Positions 1 through 14,900 are shown, counted from the first letter of the whole stretch. The stretch: DNA of 63,715 nucleotides, filler included, from Choristocarpus tenellus KU-1152 (GCA_964200185.2; 9 parts of 9 records of this genome joined end to end with filler, not necessarily neighbours in it); one strand, 5' to 3'. Notes: generated by a model not told the origin, from the letters alone. Numbers and translations are program-made.

Positions 1-527
1 TTTACTTCGGGGGGGGGGGGGGGGGGGGAGAAATGTTTCCTGTATGTGTATGTTTTATGTAGTAGAAAAAGTGCGTATTTATTTTGTTGTCGACCAATCA
101 AATTTTCTGAACAAAAAATAATAAATAATGTGCGTTAGAGTGCACAGGTGTCTGTCTGTAGGTAGTATGTCACAAGTACTTGGTGTGAATGTCTGTCAAT
201 GTTGTTCAACATCAAAATTTTGTTCTGAGAAAAGCGCCTTGTCAACGGAGGCATTAACTGCGTTTAAGTTGAGTGTTCTTTTTTCTTTATCACATTATTT
301 TTTTTCTTTCGGAAATGATGACTTTAATCATCAGATGTACACACACACGCACACAACACGCACACAACACAACACACAACACAACACACAACACACTAGT
401 ACCGAACAACACAGGTTTCGAGAATATTCTCGAGTGTATTTTGAGAATTTTCTTTTGCACCTCTCAGAGTTTTATTATGTTGCAATGTGCCCCCCTTTTG
501 TGTGTGTGTGTGTGTGTTCTGTGATAG

Positions 528-3500
528 GTGAGGATAGGTGTGCTCCTGGTGGCGTTGTTGTTCTTCAACAACATCTTCTTTGCCGCCCAAATCCTCTCAC
601 CATTGCCACGCTTGTTCTTCAGGTGAGAAGGGACCAACTAAATGCTCTCTCTCTCTCGCTCTCTCTAGTATTTCTTGCAACTTGTCCCCTCCTAAGGGTG
701 ACTTTAGGTATCTATCCCCTGTGTAGGCCGTGGATAGGGATGTATCAAGAGCCATTGTTGATTTTTTCTTCTTTTTGTTCGGTACACAATTTGGTGTTAC
801 AATATACATGCACAAAAGTGTTACAATTTGGTGTTACAATATACATACACAAAAGTGACTCAAGTATCTTCGGAGAGGTCTGCAAGACAGTTGAGACAAG
901 ATGGTGAAATTAATTATTATTTTAATCATTATTATTTGTTATTTTTTAAAGATTAGTAGAGCTACGGTTATTATTGTACGATATGGAGGGATTTTTGATG
1001 GTAGGTTCCAGTTTTTAAAATTTTGTGAGCTCCCAATGGCAACCAGATTCCCTCATGGGAGATGGAAATGGAAATGAATGTTGATAGTAAATACAATAAA
1101 TGGAATACTCTCAAGGAGGTACTGGCATCAGCATGTCATCTTACCCTTTGATTGTACATTGTTTTGGTGTACCCTACAGTGTCTATGTCATCTTCCTGGC
1201 AACATTCCTTTCTTTGATACTCTTCTATTGGCTGGAGCTCTTTGGGGACCTGGCAGCTGGTAACATGCAGGTTAGAAGTAGTGAATAGAAGTAGTGAATA
1301 GAAGTAGTCGTGTAATCAGTCAGGTCAATTTCTACCATGTATTGCATGCCATGCTTGGAGTGAGGAATGATGCACAAGATGTGGAATGTGTTTGCATTTA
1401 TTGCGTGTTTTTGGATGTGATTGCATCATGTATTGTGGATGAGAGTGATAGTCAATAGTGCTGTGTTTGGACTAAGAACAAGAATGATATTGTTTGTAGT
1501 AAGAATGATATTGGAAATGGTGTAGTGCACCAAAACAGCACATCCCTAAGTTTTTTTTATTTTTTTATTATAGTAGTGATTATTTTGTTTATAGATAAAC
1601 TTGGTGTAGTAGTGATTATTTTTTTTATTGATATTCTTGGTGTAGTAGTGATTATTTTTTTATAGATAAACTTGGTGTAGTGATTGGTTTGTTTATTGAT
1701 ATTCTTGGTGTAGTAGTGATTATATTTTTTATAGATTAACTTGGTTTAGTAGTTATTATTTTGTTTATAGATAAACTTGGTGTAGTGATTATTTTGTTTA
1801 TTGATATTCTTGGTGTAGCATTGATTATTTTGTTTATTGATATTCTTGATGTAGTAGTGATTATTTTGTTTATTGATATTCTTGATGTAGTAGTGATTAT
1901 TTTGTTTATTGATAAACTTGGTGTAGTAGTGATTATTTTGTTTATTGATATTCTTGGTGTAGTAGTGATTATTTTGTTTATAGATAAACTTGGTGTAGTG
2001 ATTGGTTTGGTGATGCTTAGTTTCTATGTGGTTCTATCTAGATGTGGACTAACTCACTGTGTGATGCAAGGACTGTGCTTGAAGTGGACTTGTGAGTATG
2101 GCCTATTAATAGAGTACAACCTGCAGTTGGGTGCTCAGTTGTCCCTAAGTGTATGATGGTAGTGGTATCAACAGTTTGGAGGTTACATTTAATTTGCATT
2201 ATGTAAAAGACCGTTGAAGTAGTAGTGTGCTCCAGTTGTATTTTGATACTTTTGTTGATACAGTTGTACTTTGATACTTTTATTGATACAGTTGTACTTT
2301 GATACTTTATTGATACATTTGTACTTTGATACTTTTATTGATACATTTTTATTTTGATCTTTTTATCGATAAAGTTGTACTTTCTGTAACTGACTTAAAT
2401 GCAATCTCACCTTACGTTCCCTCTGTCCTGTGTATTATGTGTATGTATGCATGGATGTATTATTTATTTATTTATAATTATTTTTTATTGTTTTATTTTT
2501 GTTGATAGGGAAAGGATACTGCACAGGACTGGGAGCGTAACCGCAAAAAGACTCTTCTGGAGTACCTACCAAAGCTCATCCTTGTGGGTCTGATTTGGTT
2601 CTTGACGATCCTCGTCTACATGTATGTTGATTGGTTGATGCATTCACATGACTAGAATGAGTCATTGACTCCTATTGCATCTTGTTGTGGGTTGACTTAA
2701 TAATTTTTATTTGGCGTATTAGTACTGGTGTATGTTTGTTACAGTTAGTTACTAATAGTGCTGGTGTATGTTACAGTTAGTAGTTACTAGTAGTACTGGT
2801 GTATGTTAGTAGTTACTAATAGTACTGGTGTATGTTTGTTACAGTTAGTAGTTACTAGTAGTACTGGTGTATGTTAGTAGTTACTAATAGTACTGGTGTA
2901 TGTTTGTTACAGTTAGTAGTTACTAGTAGTACTGGTGTATGTTTGTTACAGTTAGTAGTTACTAGTAGTACTGGTGTATGTTAGTAGTTACTAATAGTAC
3001 TGGTGTATGTTACAGTTAGTAGTTACTAGTAGTACTAGTGTATGTTTCATACAGTTAGTTACTAATAGTGCTGGTGTATGTTACAGTTAGTAGTTACTAG
3101 TAGTACTGGTGTATGTTTGTTACAGTTAGTATTTACTAATAGTACTGGTGTATGTTTGTTACAGTTAGTAGTTACAAATAGTACTGGTGTACATTTGTTA
3201 CAGTTAGTAGTTACTAGTAGTACTGGTTTATGTACACGACTGACAAGCTACTTGCTACATTGGTGTGGTGGACACTCTCCTTTCCTTACTGGTACAATGT
3301 GAAGTAAGGTTTTGTTAAACTATTGAGGCGGGCAGAGCAACATTAATCTTTGTCTCTTACACACTTTTTTGACATGTAACTGCAGGGGGGTATCCCCTCC
3401 TAATTTTTTTCCACAGGCTGTGTGAGTAGGGTTAGGGTTTGTAGGTATTAATATTAATATAATCAATCATGTCGGGTGAGTATATAGTGTGTTCCTTTGT

Positions 3501-6500
3501 TCAATCACATTTTTGGTGTATGTAGTACTTGGAAATATTCAACAACAAAAGCATTGCGTTCATCTCCTGTATGCGTGTGTGCTATTGATTGAAGTTTTAG
3601 TGCATGCTTCTTTTTTTCTGATGGAAGTTACAATGTTCAATGATGAACAGTTTTGCTCTTAGTCATAGTTGCACCTGTTGTCTTGACTGTACTGTTAGCA
3701 TGGAACGCATGTTTCAAATAGAGCCGGTCACTCCATGGTTATTTGAAATATAATAGGCGTTGGTGCCGGCGGACTCTTTGGTTTCAAAATTGGATTAATG
3801 CAGTAGTTCTAAATGCAGTTCATTGAAGAGGGTGAGGGTGAGAGTGAGTTACAATATATTGTGTCCACACCCTTTATTCTACTCTGCTTGCTTTTTATTT
3901 TGGGGGATGTATCCAATTTGTTGTATTTATGTATGTTTGATATTTGATATTTGATATTTGATATTGTGTACAGATATGTCCGTGTGAAGCAGACTGGTGA
4001 CCCATCATACAGCTCATATGACGACCTGACATCCTACACCAACGTGAAGGTGATTGTTGAATACGCCTGATTGGTGGAAATTTCTTGGCTGAATTTGTCC
4101 CGTTTTTTGATATGTGTTGCTGTGGGTGAATTTTACTTGACGTTTATTATTATTATTGTATCCATTGATCGATTTCATTGGCTGACACCAGATAGTGGCA
4201 TGACTGTGTAGTCACCTCTGTATGGTGTAAGAAGTAGAGGGTTTGAAGGATTTCAACTGTTGAAATTGATAGATTTTGTAGTTTGTGCAGGCTTTGGTAT
4301 GTAGTCCATATTCTAGTCCTGGTATCGATTGTGACAATCTCACTTGAGAAGTGTTGGCTCTGTCAGAGGATACCTCAAGTTTAGTCTAGCAGTAATGAGA
4401 GATACATAGCCAGTTTAGAAGCTTAGGACGATAGTCATTTTGGAGGATGATAGGCCTGAAATACTCATGTTTTGTTGAACTATGGGATCTGAGATTTTAA
4501 GTAGTATTGAATGAAGCCTCTGTAGTATGCTTGGCAGCACTAGGACAAGATTAAGAAAAGGTAGGGGTTTGAAGCGGGTGAAGTCACCAATGCAATGTAT
4601 TCAATGTATTCAGTATTCACAGGTTAGCTACCAATTTGAAGCACACTTTTCATCTCAACTTAAGACTTTCTTGCCCACTCTTGCACCCCCCCCTTATTTA
4701 TTCCTTTTACCTCTTCCCTCCTACACTCTTTTGTTTATTATTTCCCTTAAGATTTTGAGCTTAACTTTGGCAACAATATACTTTGGGTGGCTGGGTTTCC
4801 TCATCATGGGGAGCTTCCACCATGTGAGGGATATGGGCATTGAGTATAAGTTCATCCTTGGTATCACCCTCTTCACAATCTTTGGGTCCCTTGCTGCTGT
4901 CTACACGGGAGCTCTGGCACCAGACCAGGTTTGTGTCTTTCTTTCTTTTAGAGTGTCACCCTACAAACTCTAACCCTAACCATCAACTATCTTGTGTTGG
5001 ACACAATTGTTCTCTTTTTTTGGCAAGTGTATGTTTTGTGTTTGTGTGTCTTTGAACACAAGGGTTGATAGGTGTGCAGAGGTGACGTAATATCATTTTT
5101 TATTTTGCTATCCTTTTTCACTTTGTTATTATTATTCTTATTATTATTATTGGGTAAAAGATTGATCGTACCGTTTCAGGTCAGGGGCAAAATATTGTGT
5201 TTGAGATTTTTTAACCCCTGGAGGCAGTCTCTCGTTCTTTTCAAGAAAATCCCCAGGCTGTTGTATTAAGCACCTCAGCATCCAAGTTTTTCTTTTTATT
5301 AAATTTCCGGTAGATGCTCTTGCTTGACTGCTCCTCACTCTTGGCAGTGATGTGTTGTCTGAGTGAACACGTTTTAAGCAGTACATTTCTTTGTTTTTCA
5401 TCTATGTATATAGTTTTGTGTTTGTACTGTAGAGTCTAGTCTAAGTTGGTTGCTTTAATTTCTCCTGTGTGTGCTAAGCGGCTGTTTTATGCTTAACTGT
5501 CACCTTCTTAACATCACTGTTTCATGTACCCCCCCCCCCCTGCCAGTTGCGATCATGTTTGTCCAGGTTAAATGTAGTGTGTAGTGTAGTTAAGTTGATT
5601 GAATCGTTTTGAAATGGTGTATCAAAAACATGACAAAATATATTTTGATTGACAATGACGATTGTAATCGCAATGGCAATCACATCACTATCATGATGTT
5701 GTGGAATCGGGTTGCGTTTAGAAGGGTTGAATAGTTGACAAGTAGTTGATAAGTACTTCGTACGGCTGTAGTACAAGGTGACTTTATTGATAGTATCCAG
5801 GCAGTGCATGGTTGTTGCCATCAAATGCCATCAAACTCCTTGTTTTTACCCACCTCTCAAAAACGTATTGTTGATTGCCATGGTTGGTTGTCTCCCTTGT
5901 CATTGTGTGATTCTGGTGTGTGGGGTATCAGCATGGTGCCAAGGTGTTCTCTTTCTTCTATGGACTGTTCAATCTGTACGTCCTACTGCTTGCCTTCTGC
6001 TACACCCCTGTGGGATCAGTCTATGGCAATATCCAAACACAAGATGAGGTCAGTGAGGTCTAAGTTTTTTTTGGAGGCAGCGGTTGTGGTTCTTGGTTTT
6101 CTTGATTTTGGGAAGACCTCTTGTCTGTCGCGTCTAACCCTAACCTTGTTGGTCCTTCCTGTGGGTATGTTATGTGCATGGAGGACTCTTTTGTCCATAG
6201 CACCTTGTGATATAGCACTCTGTGATACAGCACTCTGTCATATGGAGGGGATTGGTGTAGGTGAATTGAACTGTTAATGTTCAGTCCCAGCTTGAACCTT
6301 TAAAAAAAATGTTTTTGGAGTGGTACGATTTGTGTCACTGCAATCATTGAGGTCGTGTCTTGCTGAGTATAGCTTGATGCGTCATATGGAATGGTACTGG
6401 ATGACACACCTGTGACTTGACTGACTGAATACTGAACTGTTAACACATGAAGCAGACTTTACACCAAACTGTGTAAACATAAAATCAACAGTCGAAGGCG

Positions 6501-6769
6501 GGTTGTCTTTCTATTCAGCATTACCATGCTTCTGTTAGTAGTGTTGCTATTGTGAGAACACTTTGGTTTTGCACACCCCCCAAGCACCTCACACAGTTTT
6601 GACTTGTGTGTGTAGGCTCTAATCTCATTCCTCTTCTCCTGCCCCTGACCTCAACTTGTGTGATGCATGTGCTGTTGATGTATCATATTGATAGATGGAA
6701 ATGATCCCTAACACTGGGAAGGAAGACGACTTTGCAATTGTTGGCTCCAGTCACCAGCAGGCAGTCTAA
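528..6769 (+). CDS. TMEM181/Wntless-like multi-pass membrane protein, 5'-partial, 7 exons (~528-622, 1180-1259, 2509-2621, 3974-4049, 4751-4927, 5931-6048, 6696-6769)
   Basis: GT-AG exons splice in phase to ...LILFYWLELF...EYLPKLILVGLIW...GDPSY...FFYGLFNLYVLLLAFCYTP...QQAV*, resembling TMEM181 motifs (LLFWL, FYLPK, FYGLLNFY..LAFVYSP). Confidence 0.75.
1570..2010. repeat. Intronic minisatellite, ~36-bp unit (TTGTTTATTGATATTCTTGGTGTAGTAGTGATTATT)
   Basis: About 12 tandem copies seen directly; explains the repetitive ORF 1761-2156. Confidence 0.9.
2235..2382. repeat. Intronic minisatellite, ~27-bp unit (TTTTATTGATACAGTTGTACTTTGATAC)
   Basis: About 5 tandem copies seen directly. Confidence 0.85.
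2719..3232. repeat. Intronic minisatellite, variable 26-39-bp unit (TAGTACTGGTGTATGTTTGTTACAGTTAGTAGTTAC)
   Basis: More than 12 tandem copies with internal length variants. Confidence 0.9.
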
Positions 6770-8374
6770 GGACACAACTCACAACTCACAAACTAAAATC
6801 AAAACCTGGCTTGCCGACATCCCTTAGCTATGGGATGGTAAGGAATGGAATCCTAGTGGACACATGTCAAGTTCTATTCTATAGATTGGGTAATTACCTT
6901 CCACAGTAACTGGCTGGGGAACCTTGGCAATTCTGGGTCTCAAGAAGAGAGTTACATTTCGTATTTGATGGATATTGATGGCACACACACAAGGGGACTG
7001 AAACTTGGGTCTACTAACTCACCCCATGGTGGGCATTGGTTTGTATCTTAACTCCTAACCCCAGTAATGTACTGCGGAGGGTTAAGGTGACTGGGAGCAG
7101 AACATTTTGGGAAGGAGCTGTGAGCAGAGTGTTATTGTCTGAGATACTCAAAACCATTGCCCCAAAATACATGTTGGAGTGAGAGCGTCGCTTGCCCTCA
7201 CACTATGTGGCTATGCAGTAAAAAACCTAATTACAAAGCAGAGACTGTATGTGAGAGTTACGTGCATGTGTCATTGGACAGAAAATGGTTGTGTTGCCAG
7301 GAAGGTTGCTGTGCTATTTTTTCAGGCGTTTTTATGAATGAACTGTAGTGAGTGTTTGCGTTTTTTTCTATGTGTGTGCTGTGCACCGTGGTTAGTTTGG
7401 TATTCAGTGACTTTATGGAGTTGCAAAACTTGTGATTTAGTTGGGGGAGGTAAGTATTCGTTCTGTTTGATTTTTTTCTTGTGAGGGTACATCATTATGT
7501 TATCATGTTATCACTACTTGATGTCGCACAGATACGCATTGGTAAGAGATTGAGGAGGAATTGAACGGGGATGATCATGCATGAAAATAGTATAGGGAAT
7601 AAATCTGCAAAATTAGGAGGAAATATGGCAATGTGTTGATGTTAAACATCATGCATAGGGCCCATGGAGAATGATGACTATAATACGTAGCACTCCATTT
7701 ATTGCTGGGATGGCTTTAGCGGGCGATGCTCCTGACTGATAGAGATTGCTATCATCACTAGGGTGAATTTTGTTCAAGCCTCTCTCTGATGCTTTGATTT
7801 TACTGAATCGAGTAACCTCACAAGAAATGAGACAAGGTTTTCCACCTTGTGTAATGATATCCTGCTCTGGCTGAAACATTTCTACCTCACCCACATACAT
7901 ATGGAGTAAATATGTACTACAAGTGTATACTATATTTAGACATGTAGCTCTTGTCAAGAGTTTGACATACCACAGTAGTCATACTTCACTTTGACCTTAC
8001 CGGGAAAGATTCGTTCCGTGCACATTCAGCATGCATGAAGCTACATAAATGATGTGGTTGAAGAAATACTGATACTATTTATTGGAAATGAAGTCGTAGG
8101 TTCGAGCACAAGGCATGCACTCAGTTAGCATTAGGTATTGGTGCTGAACAGTATAGTGAGGTGAGCCCAGAGTCCACGTTCAGTCCACTTTCTAGTTTGT
8201 GGAGAACAATGTGTTGAAATACCAAGTACAGTACCTTTAGCTGTCAGTTGAGCTGGTTCCAATGTCAATTGGAACTTCACTTGAACAAGGTGGAGCTCAA
8301 GAAATTGATGTAATTACCGCAGCCAACATTGATAAGCTTATGATTAGTTAGGTAACTTGGTAATTGAATCAATC

Positions 8375-8437
8375 CTCACAACAAAGCAAGTTGGTACATG
8401 CCAGCCCACTTGCAAGAAGGCTTGCTCTCAGTGAAGG
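8375..8437 (+). pseudogene. Orphan fragment resembling the E3-binding domain of a 2-oxo-acid dehydrogenase E2 subunit
   Basis: Translates QSKLVHASPLARRLALSEG then a GT; ASPLARRLA is the E3-binding signature. No intact flanking exons found. Confidence 0.3.
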
Positions 8438-11415
8438 TCTGTTTCGACATCCCACAAATTTCTCTTACTTCGAGCTCAGTAGCGTATCGGTGTATACGTT
8501 ATGTTTTTTGTTCTCTAATCTATCGGATGTTTTCGGTAATTTGAATTATTGTTCCTTTTTCACGAATTTTGTCTGATCATATGGAAGTGTTGAATACAAA
8601 TATGAATCTCTTCACATACCCACAAAGCTGTTACTGCGATTTTCCAATTGCCAGACAGGCACAATGGATGCAAAAGGGAAGGGAAAAATTCAGATAAGAC
8701 GAGAAGTCATTTTTTTTGTAATACAATTTAAATTTTTTGTGACAGTTCCCCTTGGACACTCTTGCTTCTCCAGAAATTGAGACACTTTTTGTTACAAACG
8801 TACAGGTGAATTAGTGTTAACGTTCCAGCAGTTGCTATCATGGATTCTATGAATATTGTTTTTGATGGGTTGGAAGTTAGAAATGGTTAGAGTGACGCAC
8901 GCCTCGTCCCATAATTCCTTTGGTAGGCTATGTAAGTGTTGATATATATGAACACAGTACTGTCGGGATATATAGTAAGCACAGTACAATTTGAAACAAT
9001 TGGTTCTCGATTTGACTGTTAGCACTTTTGTGTGGAGATGTTTGGAAGGAGTTTTGGGAAGTTGTGCTTACCTCAATTTTACATTATTATTTGCACTAAT
9101 ACTTGCATGAGTAAGAGGGTGTACGTGTGTAAGAGCACTTAGGGATAAGTGGACTACGTTTTCATACATCATGGGAGTCCTTACCTACTCGAGGACATCA
9201 CTGTAGATATTTAGATTCAGGTTTCTGCATTCCAGTAGATTCATGGGACATTTTTGCAGTGCTGCATGTTGATTGGTCATGCAGGTTCACTGATCGGCTC
9301 AAATATATCTTAGAATGCCAAATCTAATATGTCCAAGTAGGCAAGTTCATCCTTTTGATTCATATATGTATACTATAAACATGAAATGGGATTTGTGTTG
9401 TTCACTTGAATGTGAAAATGTTTCCAGACACACAACCGCTGGGAATTTTGCTGTTCACACTCCACCAACCCACCCAAAACTTTATTTGTTGCAGTAACAG
9501 TTGCTTGCATGTACATCTATTGACACACACGCTGAGTGTGTGCGCGGGAGAGTGATTCTAAAGAGCCACCATCACAGTATTTACACGTAGTAGTAGTAGT
9601 AGTAGTAATAGTAGTAGTAATATAATAGTACTAGTAAAGTGGGTTTCCCCTGTGAGGTGTGGCGTCACTGTTCTAGACCAGAGTGCTTAATGTTGAGGTA
9701 CATGGTAAAGGGAGGGTACAGATTGCTCCCAAAAGAATGGGGCGGTGGTTGAGATTACATCCACATTCCTCGTTCACTCCAAATGTCCTTGGTCTACCTG
9801 ATCAATGCTCCCCTCACCCACAACATGCAAAATGCACACCAAAGGTGTCATTGCGCCTCATGAAGTCACGAGGATTTGTTAAGAGTATTTTGGGGAGACG
9901 TACACATGTAAAACGGAGTGGGCAGCTCTATGTTCGAAGTATTGTGCACTGGAGTCCATTGGCCTACTGTTGTGTATCCAGCGTCATGGAAAAAAAACTG
10001 CTACTTGCCTATGATGCTTCAGTTGTAGGTTGTGTTAGCCTGTCCATTTTCACAAGGTATACGCTGCTCCACCTGTACATAAAATTAAATCTTACTATTT
10101 GTTGTGTCTGCAGCAATATCTTCAAATGACTGTAGTAAGATACTGCGTAAGATACATTAGGTACGTGCTTCCCTTAAGCGGGGGGGGATTCATCAGCACA
10201 GTGACAACATTTGTGTTCAATGTTTTGTGTTAAAACATATTGTGTTCCTACAGTTGGTCTTACAGCAATGATGTGATAGGTTCTCTTATTATTTCCACAC
10301 AGGAGGGGCCTGTCAGAGAAACTTGAAATTTTGAACCAGTTGAAACATCATATTTTTGATGTATTTTGAAGTTATTCAATCCATACCCCTCATGATTTCC
10401 ATCGGCATCTGTCAGCACAAATATCATAATACTGCTCCCGTGCAAACAGCATGAGACCTCCCATGAGGCACTAGACACGATTAAGTTTACCTAGTGAGGA
10501 AAAAAACTAGACAAAACTAGACGGAATCGTACCAGGACCTCGGGTTCAGTAGAGGTGAATACCAGTAAGAACTATGCCGTACTGATCAACAATAAATAAT
10601 CCTTTACGCCTAAATAACTAGTTATCTCCTTTATTCAAGTATATCACGTATCCACTTCACCAAGTTCGTGAAAGAGTGTACTCTGCAAGTATATATATAC
10701 ATACGTGGCAGTTTCAGCATTAAAAAATATTCAACCCCTGTAAATCCTCCAGGAAAAAACGGCTCCAACAAATCGTACCATCACTTTTGAGAGTTAGTTA
10801 CATCCGCTGAAGACACTTACCTTGACTCCCTAATCGAAAAGCCTTGACCTCCCCCCACACTCACACTGCTGCCAATGCCCAAAAGCCATTGAAGTAAAAA
10901 AAAACATGCGGGAGTCTTGTCTTTGATTCATTGCAGTTTTTAGTTTGTAGATTTTAGATTTTTTCAGTTGGACCAGCCTGTAATATAAAAAAAGTCTCTC
11001 TATTCCATCTGTGGTAGCAACGACACTAAAGTCCTCAGGAGTGCGTTCTGGAGTGCGCTCTGGAGTGCATCACCAAAATTGACACCGACCAATTTGGTGC
11101 TGTGCCTATCAACTCATCTGGGGTACAATACCGTAAGGCAGGAGGTTCAAATCAAACGTTGTCTCGAGGTTGAAACAAACTGACTTACATGGTATTTATT
11201 ATTTTGAAGTGGATCACAACTAGGTCCTGTCTCCACACAACGTGAACCCAATTCAAAGTATTTCTGCACTGGTCCTCATCTTGTGCTAAGCATCAGCAAT
11301 CAACAAAATATGGACTGTGAAGTATCTCTCCTATTGCCAACCACAGCACACAGCCTTCCCGCCTTTCCAAGTCTGTACCACTCAATAAACTTCACTATTA
11401 CCACAAGATGGTTCA

Positions 11416-11589
11416 GGGTCAAAGTATCTGGGGGGGTTGTGAGGGGGTATCTGTTTCGGTCAAACTCTTTTTTTGCTGACATTTCAAATCTGACACACGT
11501 GCGACCAAATCACACCAAAAAAAAAGTGAAAATTGAAAAAAGGGTGGAAAACGGATGCCGACACTCCTCCCCCAGATACACTTCAATCC
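11416..11589. mobile_element. MITE family A, full copy, imperfect TIRs GGGTCAAAGTATCTGGGGG ... CCCCCAGATACACTTCAATCC
   Basis: Inverted termini; internal sequence nearly identical to the copy at 26723-26823. Confidence 0.75.
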
Positions 11590-11907
11590 TTCACTCAAAC
11601 TCGAGAAACAAATGAGCTAGATCAGTCTGCAACTGGGCCTCACAACTTGACACGAAACTTTAAACACACCAATCAAAAAAATAAAAAAATCTCAACCACT
11701 GGGTAACTACACAATTAACCACAGCGACGGCATTATTTTTCCCGGGCGGGGGGTACCTAAAGTGCACACAATGGTTCCTAAAACGTGGAAGGCGAGAACT
11801 ATCCTCTTCGATCTACGCAACTCTTCAACTGCAAAGGACAACTCCAGCGCCACCAACTCAAAGGTAGAAAGGGGTTCCTCTTGCCCTCGCAAACCACGCC
11901 TGCCTGC

Positions 11908-14900
11908 CTATTGGGCATCGCGGCCACCCTGCTTCAAGAAGACACAGCGGTAAACCCTCTGTCCCTTCCCGTACGTGGCGACCTCTCGTTCCGTCATGAC
12001 CTTAAAAACAGGCGGTTCAGAAGGCTAGGGGTTAGAGAGGTTAGGATTAGGGATGTGGGCTTATGTAGAGGCTGGGGACACAGGAAGGCTAGTAGTGCTG
12101 TGTGCTTTGCGCTGTACTCAAGTCGCCATGGTGAAACAGCACTGAAAGGTATTTCGCACCCACCACATAGATAGATAGACACACCTCCCACAAGATCAGT
12201 ATTTTGGCAGGAAGCATAAGCTGTTGTACTGGCGGCATTAGTGCGTGCTGACAAAAATGTTGTCCTTACTAAAACAAAGTAAAAGGGGGGGGGAGTTGAA
12301 TTATACCTCCAACTGATAACAAAACCAGTGCTGCAGACATTCCTAAATTTGTTCCTACCCCTCAGTCCACCCCCGAAAGCGCACACTGGTGGCATGTAAA
12401 ACCCCTTTCAATGCATGACTTTTGAGACGGTTACTCACTCCCATGGGATTCTTCTCCTCTCCTTCCATCCACTTGTTGAAGTCAGGTTCACTGTCAGTAA
12501 GCAGGTCTGCTCCACGCAGATAAAGAGGAGTATGAGGGGCAGAGCGTCTGAAATTCATAGATATTTCATAGATAAATAGAAGAACACGAGACATGAAACT
12601 TGAAGATAAAATCAAGTCTGACAGGTGGTTGGTGTTTCCAATCAAGAATGGTGATGGAGCTGCAGGGATAACACAACCGATGAGGACCATACCTACGCCG
12701 CGAGAAACAAATCAGGCTGGACTGCACACCACGCAGCTGCAGGAGTTTGTAAACGAGTCCTTTGCCGTATACGATGCCGTGCTTCTCTGAAGGAGTTGGT
12801 CTCCTCTCCCATGCCTCTTAATCGCAGAGACACAGACTACCACATGCCCATTCCTAGCGATTGTGCTTTTACACCATGCTTTTACTTACCCTTTGACACC
12901 ACCAGCAAATCCCTTTCTTGTGATGGCACACACACATGAACACGCAGTTCTGGAGGCAAAAATGAAGAACCTTACAGACAAACATCTAGCTGAAGTTGAA
13001 GTTGAAGTACACGCTATCGTTTTGCATTAAGCAGAGAGGGGACAACACACACCTGACTTCTCACGGACCATCTCCCTCATTTCTTCTAGCACCTCCAGAA
13101 CGTCACCCTGCATGAACAGCTTGCCACCAGGTACAAGGTGCTTTTCTATGGTTTTGACAAGTTTTGGCTGCGAGGAGAAAAGAAGCCAGAAAGATCAAAA
13201 TCACCACAACATCATCGAATCAGACTGTGCACCAGACACAACAAAGTAAGCATAGCCCAGCCTTGGCCATCATGACCTCGATTGTGTTGGTGGGAATCCT
13301 TCATGGTCACACCATTAGCAATTAAGCAGCCTCCATCTGCTGATACAACATAAATCTCCCCATGAATTGCTCACCACCAATGCCTCAATCACTCGTATGT
13401 CACCTGAAGAACACGCCTTTTGTGATGCTTGGACTTGAAGCAGGGGTCCTGGGGTAGTAGGAGAGATTTCATGTCATGACTAAACTCTACAGCTAAAAAA
13501 TATGTAGGGGCGGGCTGACTGAATGCCGTCTTAGACCAAATGACTCCACAAGGATCCGGGATAACAAGTAGAGGCGAGGGTCGTCACACTTAGTAAGAAC
13601 TGCAACTAATAATGGTATTGATGTCCCTTCAGTACCAACTTACTGAGATACTATTACATATTGAGTATAAGGTACCAATGCACCTCAAGCAACGCAACAC
13701 TTGCACAATAAAAATTAGCACTTTAGAATTGTAGAGCAAGGCAGCCCTAATGTTGCAATGGACAGGAGCTGCTACAGACCAAATATGGCTGAATATTCTC
13801 GAGCAAAATTTCAATTGAGCATTAGAATGTCTGAAATGTGCGTGTGTGTGAAAGATACAGTCAGCTTTTCCAAAAACTCACTGGGAACTGAATGCTTATT
13901 GTCTCAACCATTGCCCCTTGACTGGCTGCTCTTGACAGAATTTTCTCCAGGTCCACCTGTGATAAGATCCACAAAGAAAAAGGCAATCCATTTGAAGGCC
14001 TTGAGGACACAGAGCAGTCTGAATCGCAATCAACAGAACTGTCAATTTCAACAACAAACTTCTCAGAGCAACATCCCTGGGAAGGTGTCTGAACAGAGTG
14101 TCCAATACACGCTTCAGCTTGTTGGATCACCCAGTACTCACATTAGCATTGCAGCAGATGAAATGAAGATTTCGTAACCTTGTCCCAGCTGCCCTCACCA
14201 GGGCTGTCGCCGCCACAGGTCGCCTTATTTCAAGCCCAAGAAAATTTTGTTCCGGATGTGCTTCCGCCATTGACTTAGCAAATGTCCCCTTTGCACAACC
14301 TTTGCAACATTGGTAGGACGTCGTAACAAACCATTGGGTTATCGAGAGAACTCAACTAGAGGAGTTCATTACAAAACAAGCGATTGAGTTACTATAATTT
14401 CTCCCGGTAGATCAGTGGGTGCAAGGCAATATAATGACTTGCTTTCAGCAATGAATCTCATCTTTGAAAAATGTGCGTATATCAGAAAGACAATGTTTCC
14501 CTGCCATAAACCGAGCTATTTTGCGTCTCTATTATACTGCCCATCATCCTTACCGATATCCACATGAAGGGGCCGGTGTGGATGCTCAAAAGAAGTCTCA
14601 TACCAGTCCCCAGGAAGAACAACCGGCGCCTGAAATGATGCAGCCAAGGGATTCACATGCTGCCGAACTGATTTTTGTCGTACACTGCCGCAAATATGGG
14701 AGGATGGGGTAGAAGAATTCCTCGTGCATCAAACAAAACATGTGCTACCCGATTACAAAGGCACGAAAATGCGACGAAGTTCATCAGAATCTAAGCACAG
14801 TGGATGACTGGGAGGGTTTCTCTATTGGGCTTTCTGTACCACACCAGGACCTGATCTCACCTCCCTCCTTCGGCCATCTCCTTTAAGTGCCGTTGCAGCG

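Noticed and set aside
128-907. 259-aa ORF
   Set aside because: Crosses microsatellites and overlaps the real exon in another frame; spurious.
1570-3232. CRISPR-like arrays or a repetitive membrane protein (ORF 1761-2156)
   Set aside because: Head-to-tail repeats without unique spacers, inside eukaryotic introns; no cas genes.
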